DNA of 64,000 nucleotides from Mytilus trossulus (Eukaryota): NCBI RefSeq assembly GCF_036588685.1, contig NC_086377.1, positions 11,718,001 to 11,782,000 of the forward strand, read 5' to 3'. Shown piece by piece: positions 25,281 to 37,506 of this stretch (position 1 is its first letter; each line of letters starts with the position of its first letter). The notes under the pieces were generated by a model. It saw only the letters and a program-made list of their open reading frames with translations, ran no database searches and was not told where the DNA came from. The position numbers and the translations under genes were made by a program.

Positions 25281-27174
25281 TAATACTTTCCACAAAACAT
25301 GCCGTTGTAGTAACTCTGTGATCCAACAGGACATGATTCACATTGTAATACTCACCACAAAACAGGTCATTGTAGTAACTCAGTGATCCAACATGACATG
25401 ATTCACATTGTAATACATTGTACTCACCACAAAACAGGTCATTGTAGTAACTCAGTGATCAAACAAGAAATGATTCACATTGTAATACTCACCACAAAAC
25501 AGGTCATTGTAGTATCTCAGTGATCCAACATGACATGATTCACATTGTAATACTCACCACAAAACAGGCCATTGTAGTAACTCTGTAATCCAACAGGACA
25601 TGATTCACATTGTAATACTTACCACAAAACAGGCCATTGTAGTTACTCTGTGATCCAACAGGACATGATTCACATTGTAATACTTACCACAAAACAGGCC
25701 GTTGTAGTAACCCAGTGATCCAACAGGACATGATTCACATTGTAATACTCACCACAAAACAGGCCATTGTAGTTACTCTGTGATCCAACAGGACATGATT
25801 CACATTGTAATACTCACCACAAAACAGGCCATTGTAGTTACTCTGTGATCCAACAGGACATGATTCACATTGTAATACTTACCACAAAACAGGCCGTTGT
25901 AGTAACCCAGTGATCCAACAGGACATGATTCACATTGTAATACTCACCACAAAACAGGCCATTGTAGTTACTCTGTGATCCAACAGGACATGATTCACAT
26001 TGTAATACTCACCACAAAACAGGCCGTTGTAGTAACTCTGTGATCCAACAGGACATGATTCACATTGTTATACTCACCACAAAACAGGCCGTTGCAGTAA
26101 CTCAGTGATCCAACATGACATGATTCACATTGTAATACTCACCACAAAACAGGCCATTGTAGTAACTCTGTAATCCAACAGGACATGATTCACATTGTAA
26201 TACTTACCACAAAACAGGCCATTGTAGTAACTCTGTGATCCAACATGACGTGATTCACATTGTTATACTCACCACAAAACAGGCCATTGTAGTAACTCAG
26301 TGATCCAACATGACATGATTCACATTGTAATACTCACCACAAAACAGGCCATTGTAGTAACTCTGTGATCCAACATGACATGATCAACGTTGTAATACTC
26401 ACCACAAAACAGGCCATTGTAGTAACTCTGTGATCCAACATGACGTGATTCACATTGTTATACTCACCACAAAACAGGCCATTGTAGTAACTCTGTGATC
26501 CAACATGACATGATTCACATTGTAATACTCACCACAAAACAGGCCGTTGTAGTAACTCTGTGATCCAACAGGACATGATTCACATTTTAATACTCACCAC
26601 AAAACAGGCCATTGTAGTAACTCTGTGATCCAACATGACATTATTCACATTGTAATACTCATCACTAAACAAGTAATTGTAGTAATTCTGTGATCCAACA
26701 TGACATAATTCACATTGTAATACTCAGGACAAAATAGGCCATTGTAGTCACTCAGTGATCCAACATGACATGATTCACATTGTAATACTCACCACAAAAC
26801 AGGCCATTGTAGTAACTCTGTGATCCAACAGGACATGATCCACTTTGTTATACTCACCACAAAACAGGCCATCGTAGTAACTCTGTAATCCAACATGACA
26901 TGATCCACTTTGTAATACTCACCACAAAACAGGCCATTGTAGTAATTCTTCGATCCAACAGGACATGATTCACATTGTAATACTCACCACAAAACAGGCC
27001 GTTGTAGTAACTCTGTGATCCAACATGACATGATTCACATTGCAATACTCACCAAAAAAACAGGCCGTTGTAGTAACTCAGTGATCCAACAGGACATGAT
27101 TCACATTGTTATACTCACCACAAAACAGGCCGTTGTAGTAACTCTGTGATCCAACAGGACATGATTCACATTGT
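25281..27174 (-). repeat. 65-bp satellite (~29 copies) of an exon 3' end plus 5' splice site
   Basis: Minus-strand unit CAATGTGAATCATGTCCTGTTGGATCACAGAGTTACTACAATGGCCTGTTTTGTG|GTGAGTATTA. The first unit is coding. Confidence 0.95.
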
Positions 27175-27246
27175 TTTGTCATCTCTGAGTAATACTGTTT
27201 GTTCTGAGGACAACATAAATCTCCACTTGACCTTTGTCTGCGTACG
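27119..27246 (-). CDS. Large secreted protein, coding exon 4 (second furin site and Cys-rich module)
   Basis: TTGCAG acceptor (phase 2) and GTGAGT donor (phase 1). Encodes SVRRQRSSGDLCCPQNKQYYSEMTKQCESCPVGSQSYYNGLFCG. Both phases match the neighbouring exons. Confidence 0.85.
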
Positions 27247-28918
27247 CTGCAAGTATATACGTCATTGGTGAGTAAAAAGTTATAAGTATGAGTAATTAAT
27301 GAGTAATAAGTTATAGATATAAGTTATTTTAAAGAGTTATAAGTTATTGGTATATGTAATTGGTGAGTAACGTAAAGAACCCTTGGAACAATTCTTTGAC
27401 GGGCCCGTAGGTGGCCTTCTTCGAGGCAAAACTTTTGTTCCTTTCTATTTTTCCAGTCAAAATTTCACAGAACTTCGAACCGGACGGACTCTAGTAAAGG
27501 ACCTACATATTGTATTTATTGTTAATTTGTTCTCGTCCTGAATATGCATGAAATACTTGCCACTGGACGTTAAATAACCGACAATCAGCCATTCAATCAT
27601 GTCCGTAATCCTGTTTTCTCTATTCTTACGCTGCTTTAGTAAAAGTAATTGTGACATCTAAAAAACTCTATAATCATTAGAACGCTTTTCTAAAGGAACC
27701 GATCGTTCATCTTCGTGGGACAACCCATTTCTTTGGTAACTTGAATAAAATAACCAAACAATCTTAATTGTATAACATACAGGAAACCCCGCCCTTAATT
27801 TTCAATGGAATCAGACGATTTTTATCACTTCCCTCCTGAAACAAACGTATTTTGACAAAAAAGAAAGGAATGTTAACATTTTATATACCGGCTCCCACAC
27901 CCTTTTTCTAAAAAGAATATGAATTGGTTCTGCTGTTACAAAAATTACAGAGACATTTATTCAATTCAATGTATAGTACATGTATATTACTGGTGTGAAT
28001 GTAATTAAACCCGAAGTAAAGATGAGAACAAAATTAATATGAAACCAGTGTTCTATACATGAAACTAATTGTAAACAGGTTTACAGAACGCGACGTTGAG
28101 TGTCAACACGGCCATCGGAGGAGAAAAAGAAGACTACTTGATTAATGTCGTGCGCCAAAATCTAGTTTCGGATTTACTTTCATCAAGTATAGTCAAACCC
28201 AAGCATTTGTTAATAGGTTAAGTGAATCAACGGATAATTTACTAAAAGTTTGTTAAAGATCATGACATGAACAGAACAGTAAATTAGACCTGAACGGATG
28301 CGAATCTTATCATTAATAAAAGGCTCATAATTAAGTACGTGAGACACGTAATTGTTCTTCAAATGACTCACTTGTGGGGCTCGAATCAACACAACTGGAA
28401 GACCGAAGACGCCGGTTAAAATATTTTATTTTAATTTAGAATAAACTAGTAGTACGTAATGAGAATTTTAGATGGAAACCAGGTAAATGTTGGTAAGACA
28501 ACTAGTTCGTACTGCTCAGTCTTCTTTGTTGAGTTTTGTATACTGTTGTTTTGCCTTTTGGTCCTTTTATTGTTTTGTCATGGATTGTTAGTTTATATCG
28601 AAGTATTTTAAAATAAAAGAATCGATTAAACATGTATGTGTCATGATCCCAATTGATTACGTAGTATAATATTAGAAGTGTCTATTTTCATCAAATTATA
28701 CAATAGTCCTTAATATCCGGGCTTAATCGGAACTCACGTTAAAGTAGAAACCACTTAACTGGTCGAGATTTTTCACAAAACACTTCAAAATGTTGTAGAA
28801 GCCATAAAGTCACCTCCGAACTTGATGTTTAGTGATTTGTTTAATAAATAACTGAACCTGCATGGGCTGTCTCTGGATTACCACAACAGCGAAGAGAAGA
28901 ATTCCGCATTATACATAC

Positions 28919-29099
28919 CTTTGAATTTCTCTTTTCCGCCGTTGCAGAGGTCTAGATGGATCAACTGAACAGAACTTGATTCCAATTTTCAGAGGAACAT
29001 CGGTGACTGGTTCATCAAGATGAAGTTGTTCATATCCCTCCACTCGTAAATTAAACTTTGAGTACATTGACGGTAGCAGTATACTTTTGTCTTCATCGC
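28919..29099 (-). CDS. Large secreted protein, coding exon 3
   Basis: TTTACAG acceptor (phase 1) and AG|GTATGT donor (phase 2). Encodes DEDKSILLPSMYSKFNLRV...PLQRRKREIQ. Confidence 0.88.
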
Positions 29100-29550
29100 C
29101 TGTAAACAATACTTTTTTGTAAAAAGTTTTTGATATAAGTAACTATCAATATACCAGTGTGCATTGTACATGCATAAGGTGAGCACAAGGTTGATGTAAC
29201 GTATCGTAAATCGCGCAATAAATGCAGATGTTATGCAGGCATTCACTTATCTACTGATATTGGCATTGTGTTTATCGATGACGGTACGGTAGTGACATAA
29301 TTAGAATGAGGAATGATAAGTTAACTTCAAACAATTAGAAAGCATATGTCTTATTGCAAAATTTCAAATTTCAAATATAAACCAATTTGAGTATTTAAGT
29401 TCTGGCGTTTTATAGGAATAGATTGATTGTTTTTTCAATAAGATCCAAAATAGTCTAAACATAACGTTGCTGTCTGATCTGCGTGTATCCTATATCTCGG
29501 TATAGTAATTGCAAACCGCAAATTAAACTACAAATACAAATTATTATTAC

Positions 29551-29773
29551 TTATTGAATTAGGGCATATCTGTGGAAAAGATGATCGTTCCTTCCTGCCA
29601 CATACTCGGTATGGATTGGGTATTCTTTGCTGACGGCAACTTGAACCATGACCTTCTGTGTATGATATCTTGAGGCGATCAGTCATCTGTTTAAGCGGTG
29701 ATATGATGTAGTTTGTCTTAGCATCTTGAAACAATTTGTTGTCGACGTTCGTTGGGGTGACTTGCACAAGTAC
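29551..29773 (-). CDS. Large secreted protein, coding exon 2
   Basis: TTTTCTTCGTTAG acceptor (phase 0) and GTAATA donor (phase 1). Encodes VLVQVTPTNVDNKLF...CRQQRIPNPYRVC...ICPNSI. Confidence 0.88.
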
Positions 29774-30153
29774 CTAACGAAGAAAATATTTAAGTGAAGT
29801 AGGAAAAGATAGTCAAAACAAACCATGATACATATTCCTTTCTAAATAAGTCAAATTTTTTTCAGTCACTATTCTAAAATAATACTGGACATTTGGATTC
29901 ATCTGACATACAATATCTTGACAAAAAATGTAAAACAGGACGTAGATAATTTTGTTCCCTTTTATGTTTAATACGTTTTACCTTTTTTATACCACGCACA
30001 ATCTCTATTTGAAAGTCTAGTTTTTAAAAGACGATTGGAAGTAATAACACGTAAATGAAGTAAACTGATTAAAATATGTTTTTCAGAACTTATCAAATTG
30101 CAGTTTTTACACTGATGAAACAACCAATTATTAATTTACTATAAAATATTTAC

Positions 30154-32586
30154 TGGACGGGCGTCTTCGCTAACAATCGGCATATATATTTCAAAACCAG
30201 CCAGATAAAAGCTATGACTTCTTTGTGATGGTAAAAGTTGACCATGCTGCATCCACCAGTTTACGTTTGGGACTTGGAAGGGAACAGTTTTACCACGGAA
30301 TAACATAGAAAGGTCTAACCAAGAATAGTCACCAGTTTTGTTCGTCCTTTTTGTTGACACTGTTATAAATTTTAATTCAGCGTGACATTCGCTGTCTCTT
30401 GATGCTAATAACTTGTCAATATCTGTAGCCAATCCGTTACACAACTGTGGCTTTCGTCCCTGCTTATATTCCAAAATGTTACACAGCATTTGAACGTTAG
30501 TTGTCTGTAATATATTGTACGACATCGACGAAACTGCTACTAATGTTTTAATAGTGTCAATGGATAAACCACTTGGATGTTGGGCTTTTGGACCTGCGCC
30601 GAGAAGTTTAGAGCTTTGTATCTGAGTAAGGCTTCGCATTAAATTTGCCATTGTTTCCATTAGGTCAAACTGAAGGTCATAAACTTCCTCTTGTGTTGCT
30701 ACCAATTGTGCAGCGGTAATTTTCGCTTCACGACACTTGCCAGTAGCACCAGTAATTCCTCGTATTGCATTTGCAGCTATACTACTTGTGGAAGCAATGC
30801 CCTCGCATATTTCGTTGATAAATTCTTCCCAATACAAACCTAATTTGGCTAGATCATCTTTTGTAACTTGGGGGGAATAGGCAGTATAGTCTCTCAAAAA
30901 ATTGGACTGCATTATTTCATACCCATTTCCAGACGAATTTACAATTTTCGCAGCATTATCCATGATCTTGCCAACATTCTTTATCATCTTCTCATTTTTT
31001 GCCAGTTTCTTTGCTATTTCAATGCTGTAATCAACAAGCTTATGAAAATTGACTGCACTTCCAATGGCATGAGTTAAACGTCTAGATGCATCCGCTATCT
31101 CTGTTGCAGACTCCAAAATATCATCTGAATTGCCACTATCAGTCAGCCATTTAAATGGATTTGCAGCCATTGCCATTCGTAAAGCCATCTTTAAAACGGC
31201 TTGAAGTAAATCTTCCAAGGCACTACCAATGTAAATAACTAGTAACTTTTTTAGCTTTACCTTGAGTTCATCTACATATTTGACAAATCGTTTTTGATAG
31301 TCTGCAATTCTACCTTTAAGATAGCCAACGTCAGCATCTAGCTTAGCTTTCTGGTAGGAGGCCACTTTCTTGAAGTATGATCCAAGTTCTCGAAATCGGT
31401 CTTGTACATCATTCTTGATATCCATAGCAACGACTTGTAAACTGACTGCATTCTTCTCTGCCAGCTCTTTTATTTGAGTAACTTTTAAATTCTTTATATA
31501 ATCCCGAAAGTCAATATCTGAAACCAAAAATTTGCGAGGTAAAACATCTGCGTTACCGGTCCCATAGGTTTGAAGGTACAAACGGAGTTCGTTAAACACC
31601 TTAGCGCATGAGCAAATCAACCATTTGAATGATGGAAATGGTGCATTGTAATCACACGGTAAATACTGACTTTTGGGAAGTATCTTTAACAGTTTGACAG
31701 CTAGCGTTAGGTCGTTGGCTTTAAAATCGTCATACAGTTGAAAAAAGATGCTAAGTATTCCTGTTTTAACAGCTTCTTCTCTTGTGCTGGTGTCATACAG
31801 GTTAACAATATGTGTCGGCATTTTAACCCTCATACTATAGAAATTGATGTACGCTGCACTTTTAAAGAACTTAAAGTTTGATGAACCAGTTCGCCATTCG
31901 GTTTGGGGAACAGTATTGCATAGATTTGTCATTGAATCTACTAAGTCTAGAACAGGTTCTAGTCTACAAATAGGTTCTGTTTCTCTAAAGTCGCAAATCT
32001 TCTTCACTTCTTGACGTAGATTTTGTGCCACTGTTTTGTCCAACGGTTTTGACCAAGTGCAGAAATTTCTCTGGGAGAGTAACTGCTTACTCCATTTAGC
32101 TACATACTCCCACTGAGCTGTCGGACGAGGCGTGTTAACATCCACTGGGCCACAATTAAGATTAAGAAAGACTCGGTCCATGTACCACGTGGACAGAAGC
32201 ACTGTATACATGTACCACGAATCCTTGAATCCGGTTCCAATGTTACTTTCTAGTCTTCTTAGATCACCAATCACGTGGTTTCCAATGGTTGTTATCCTGT
32301 GGTAAGCACATTTTGGGGACGAACTGTCCATGAATGTGCATATATTTCCGGCCTCTTCCATTCTTTTATTGTGCGGAATGTTTCCGAAGATATTCTTGCC
32401 TACTTTTTCGAGTTGGGCATCGAATAGATTCTTGAACCCGTTAATATCGGGACCATTTTTTCGTCCCGGTAATGCAAACATCAGGCAAAAAACTCTCATA
32501 TCAGAATTTTGTATAATCGGCTGCGTAGCAATTCCATGATTCAAAACAAAGACAAGTACTGTCACTATAAACCATAGTCTCGTCAT
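30154..32586 (-). CDS. Large secreted protein, coding exon 1 (811 aa: signal peptide, Cys/Trp-containing N-region, long helical/coiled-coil region)
   Basis: 2433-nt open exon. An acceptor TTTTACAG lies 2 nt before the ATG at 32586. Signal peptide MTRLWFIVTVLVFVLNHGIA. Donor CCA|GTAAAT. The five exons total 3240 nt, or 1079 aa plus stop. Confidence 0.92.
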
Positions 32587-33139
32587 CTCTGTAAAATTAA
32601 CGAAATGTTTGAATGAGATCATGAACATCATAATATAGTAATTCAACAGACTAACATGTTGAAATGCTGGCAATAAGTAAGGAACAAAGGCTAATAAAGG
32701 CAACAGTAGTACACCACTGTTCTAAATTCATAAATCGATTGAGGAAAAAACAAATCCGGGTTACAAACCAAAACTGAGGGAAACACATCAAACAGAAACA
32801 CAACATTGAAATGTAAAACACAGAAACAAACTGTAATATAACAAGGTCCATTTTCCTGACTTGGTACAGGACATTTTTAAGGAAAAAAATGGTGGGTTGA
32901 AACTGGTTTTGTGGCATGCCAAACCTACAGCTTTTATTGCAACGTTAAATATAGCATTGAAATGACAACATTACATGACAGGACTGCAATACAAATAAAT
33001 GGGAGAACATATAGGACAGAGAAACACACGAAAAGTTGTTAACCAAAGGTACCAAATCTAAAATTTAATAAATCATATGGAAAATCAGAGGTTACCTAAT
33101 TAACCATCAAGCAGATATCGTGAAAGTGTAGAAAAATAA

Positions 33140-33365
33140 ACTCATTATAGATAGCAGGATTAAATTTACTATATACGCCAGACGCGAGTTTCGTCTATAA
33201 AAGACTCATTAGTGCCACTCAAATCCATTACTGTTAAAAAGGCCAAATTAAGTACGAAGTTGAAGAGCATTAAGGATTATAAGTCCTAAACGTTTTGCCA
33301 AAGCTGAGATAATCTATTCTTGAGGTAGAAAAGCCTTAGTATTTCAAAAATTCAAAAGTTTTGTA
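33140..33365 (-). mobile_element. Decayed retrozyme-family copy with a G5A hammerhead core
   Basis: Minus strand reads GGCA-CTAATGA-GTCTTTTATAGAC-GAAA-CTCGCGTC-TGGCGT at about 33175-33218. Confidence 0.75.
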
Positions 33366-34855
33366 GAAATGACAGTTGTTTAATGTGTACGATTTCGTTT
33401 ATGCTATTGTAATTTAAGCTTTCGAAATACGGGTATTGGTCTATTTTTTCGAATATCCAGTTAACTACCAAAATGAATCAACAATTGAATTTAATAATTT
33501 TCAAGTTTGTGGGTGGAAAATAGTTTTGTTATTCCATTTCATTTATTGAAAAAAACATGTTTTTACAGTTAAAAGTTATTAGATGCTAAACATGAAGACC
33601 CGCCACATTATTAATGTATGTGCCTGTCCCAAGTCAGGAGCCTGTAATGCAGTGGTTGTCGTTTGTTTATGTGTTACATATTTGTTTTTCGTTCATTTGT
33701 TTTTGCATGAAAAAGGCCGTTAGTTTTCTCGCTTGAATTGTTTTACATGTCTTATCGGAGCCTTTTATAGATGACTATATGAGGTATTGGCTTTGCTCAT
33801 TGTTGAAGGCCGTATGGTGACCTATACTTGTTAATGTTTGTGTCATTTAGGTCTTTTGTGGATAGTTGTCTCATTGGCAATCATACCACATCTTCTTTTT
33901 TTTATATATAAAAACGTAACTGTTTTTGTTTAAAGAAAAGATATTACGAGAGAAAATATAGTACGAGACAGTTAAAGAGGTCGACTCTTCTCTTTCAGCG
34001 TTTTTATTCGTTGATAAAGTTTGCCTCATACAATTATTCTTTACAATCTTGTTATTGGTACTGTTAATGGAAATACAGATAGGTGTAAGAATTTAAAATA
34101 TGTGGTTGATAAATGTGGAAAAAAAAAGTTCAGACAGATATGGTATGCTACTCTACAAAAATCTAAAAATCTCTAAAGTATAAATTATTCAAAAATAGTA
34201 TAAATTTCGAATTTTCGTTGATATTTTTGATGCAAAAAATGTTGCTTCATTTTGTAGATTTAGAACTTTGAACAGACAAAAGTCTTATCGAAATTGGCAG
34301 ATGGCATTTTATTCAGAGAGAATAGTTGTCAAAGGTACCAGGATTATAATTTAATACGTAAATCGTATATTATGTACTTTGTGCAATTCCAGTGATATTG
34401 GTGACGAGTTCCACCATATTCTAAAGTGCTCGGCAATAGACAACAGTAGACAAATGCTACGGAACAATCATTTTGTAAGAGACAAAATATTTTAAAATTC
34501 CAAGGTATAATGAATAGCAACAACCTATCTATCTGTACAAGTTTATAAGAATTGTATAACATGCCTAGAATCTTAGGTAACTTATGTATGTCTCTTCCTT
34601 ACATTTGTATTAAAAAATTATAACTGTTCCACTATACTTTGGTTTACGACAATAAAGATATGTATTTTGTATTATATATGAGTCGTTCAAATCTGGTGCC
34701 CGATTGAGCTTTCCTTACGTTTAAACTGTTAAAATTGTAATATACTGTATTCAAATGTATGTTGTTAGGATAATATAATAAAATTCTGGTTTCAAATTAC
34801 CATATGAATTGGAAAAAAGACCAATAAACATGAACAAAAATAAATAATTTCTTAC

Positions 34856-34930
34856 CTCTCAGTTGTAAATATCCGCTATCTACCACATAAGTGGAAAAAG
34901 TGGTTTGGGATTTGTCGCTCAAGTAATTAT
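34856..34930 (-). other. Candidate non-coding first exon of the large secreted-protein gene
   Basis: Strong donor GAG|GTAAGA at 34855. An upstream exon is implied by the acceptor at 32589. The 5' boundary is unknown. Confidence 0.45.
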
Positions 34931-35209
34931 ACAAATACAAGCTCCGAAACAAATGATTAAGTTAAACTTCTATTTTTTTTTTAAAAGAAACCACAAATGT
35001 CTCTATATATATTTGTTAACGTAAGCAACATGAGATTCGGAAAATCTGTTTCCTTTATGATAACAGATTTACATTGAAAGGAGACATCATCTTTCCGGAT
35101 AATAGATAAAGTGTTCCGGATTATTATTTGTAGCATGTTTTGGTCAATTAATCAATTTATATTGTCGTTTGAAGTACATTAATAGTCGTGATCACTTAAA
35201 TTTACTTGA

Positions 35210-35808
35210 TATTTTTATATTATACTTTTTAGTTTTTCATTGTTTGTTGAAGTCCATATTTACAATCTTGAAACAATGCTGATGGTAAAATCTGTAGACA
35301 TTGAAATCTTAACAATGTAAGATGGCCTGATACAAACAAGTTGAATATATTTACACTTGTAATTTCTTAGGCCCTTTATAGCTTGCTGATCGGTTTGAGC
35401 CAAGGCTCCTTGTTAAAGGCCGTACCTTGACTTATATTGATTCACTTTAATAGACTGTTATTTGGATGGAGAGTTGTCTCATCGGCTCTCATATCACATC
35501 TCCCTTGATATTTTTATATTATACTTTTTAGTTTTTCATTTTTTGTTGAAGTCCATATATACAATCTTGAAACAATGCTGATGGTCAAATCTGTTGACAT
35601 TGAAATCTTAACAATGTAAGATGGCCTGATACATACATGTTGAATATATTTACACTTGTAATTTTTTAGGCCTTTTATGGCTTGCTGATCGGTGTGAGCC
35701 AAGGCTCCTGGTTAAGGGCCGTACCTTGACTTACATTGATTTACTTTTATAGACTGTTACTTGGATGGAGAGTTGTCTCATCGGCATATCACATCTCCCT
35801 GTATCTAG
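35210..35808. repeat. Tandem duplication, 2 x ~300 bp (repeat end plus flank)
   Basis: Near-identical blocks start at about 35210 and 35510. Confidence 0.85.
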
Positions 35809-37186
35809 TTTGTAGATTGAATTTGAGTGACTTTAACCCTCAAGAGTTGAATTGACAAATAGAATATAAAGAAGAATTAACATGGCTGATTCAAAAAGGG
35901 CAAAGCAATGACAGCTGACATAACTGAACGCACTACTTTATCATTCAAAGGATTAAATGGAAAAAAATTGTCGTATTCAAGACTTTGTACTGGCAGTAAT
36001 GAAGAACGTGATGGAAAAAACCAGCAGATCCAAAACAGACATACTAAGTTTAGGTGACAATACTAGCAACCATCAACCAAAACTGTGTAAACAGACATGT
36101 AGTTGAGAGTATATACAGCATAGAAAATGTATTTTCAGTTTTCCACATATTGTAAATAAGCAGCTAAAACTGTGAAAACATCCTAATTTTTACGAACATG
36201 TTATTTACCAAGCCTGTAAAATAAGATATATGTCGGATAAACTAATCGAGCCCTGAAATAAACTTATTTCAAAATGAAACCAATTCAACACAGTTATAGA
36301 GATCTTTCAGCAGTGTGTTTGCAACAGTCCTGTCGAGATTTTTAATATAAAAAATGACAGAATAACTGAAGTGTTACATGTAGCTTTGGACCTTTTAATA
36401 GAAAATGGATATGATTCGATACAAAAAATGTATTTGTGTGTGTATTTATATGTTTATAAATGCCTTGTGGCCTACTCAGTTACAAAATCAAGCAATTGTC
36501 CTAGTGTTGTCCTTTTTGGAAGTATTCAGACGCCTTAAACATCAAATTCATTTGTCTGTCATCAACTCCCTGTGTTTGACACAAAGAGTGAACAAAAAAA
36601 TCAGAACACATCGATTCTAACTATCCATAAAGAGTGTGATTATAAAAGTGAAACATAATAAAAAAGATTAATGATTGTTGAACAACTGTGTCTAGCTTAA
36701 AGTATAAACTATAATAGAAACATATGACCTGTATTCATTTTGCTCCTTTAACAATTAAGTTCCCTTATAAGCATGAAACTAAGTTTATGTGAAGGAACGT
36801 CCTTTTTCCTTGAAGATTTATGGTTACTGATATATTTTTTACAAGTAAGACATTATCTACGAGGGTTTTATAAAAATGTTCCAGTTAGTATAACATACAG
36901 TAAGAATGAATCTTTTCAATAAGCCGTTGCTTTGCCAAGTACTTGATAAGCATGACATGTATGTCCGGAAACAGATGTGCATCCGTATTCACCATTACGG
37001 TTGTTTTAATGTTGATTTATATGGATGTTTAGTGTTTCCTTTAACAGATCTGCTTCCGTTCCCTAATGAAAAATACAGGGATAGATGTCCTTCAGATTTA
37101 GTCTATACTCAATGTCCTTCATGTCGGGACAACTTTCTTTGAGAAGTAATTTAAATTGAATCTAGCCCAATGGAGGAACTACTTAA

Positions 37187-37506
37187 GGTAGAACATATGA
37201 ATATGTTTCTCGAGATAGAATTTTACTACGCTTTTTTCAAAAATATATTAATAAGGATTGGTCACAGTGCTATTTGTCAAGCTATGAGTCGTTGAAATAA
37301 GCCGAAATTTGCAAAATTAGAATGAACATAACCAAACACATTTTTATGAATAAAAAGAAATCTATGAGATAGAATTTGAAATAGATATTGTTTGATGAAA
37401 TAAAAAGAAAAAATGGTGTTACTGAACATGTTTTCTTGCTACAAGCATAACAAAAAAATATCTATCAGTTAAGTAATTTTTTTTTTACTGGAAGAGTTAT
37501 CATACC
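37187..37506. mobile_element. TTAA MITE
   Basis: TTAA-GGTA ... TACC-TTAA termini. Internal sequence resembles the block at about 7320-7520. Confidence 0.5.

Noticed and set aside
25281-27174. CRISPR-like array or repeated coding exons
   Set aside because: There are no unique spacers and the context is eukaryotic. The 65-bp unit breaks frame and read-through stops in copy 2.
28738-28858. Possible extra exon (CAG...AAC|GTGAGT) after coding exon 3
   Set aside because: Would need a ~60-nt intron and contains an in-frame TGA. The 27246 exon fits the phase and protein pattern better.
32587-32703. N-terminal 39 aa of the 854-aa track ORF
   Set aside because: Lies upstream of a strong acceptor at 32589 and begins inside an interspersed repeat. 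The signal peptide starts at the ATG at 32586.
35085-35125. TTCCGGAT motifs and a TATA-like run upstream of the candidate first exon
   Set aside because: Short motifs expected by chance, and the transcription start is unknown.
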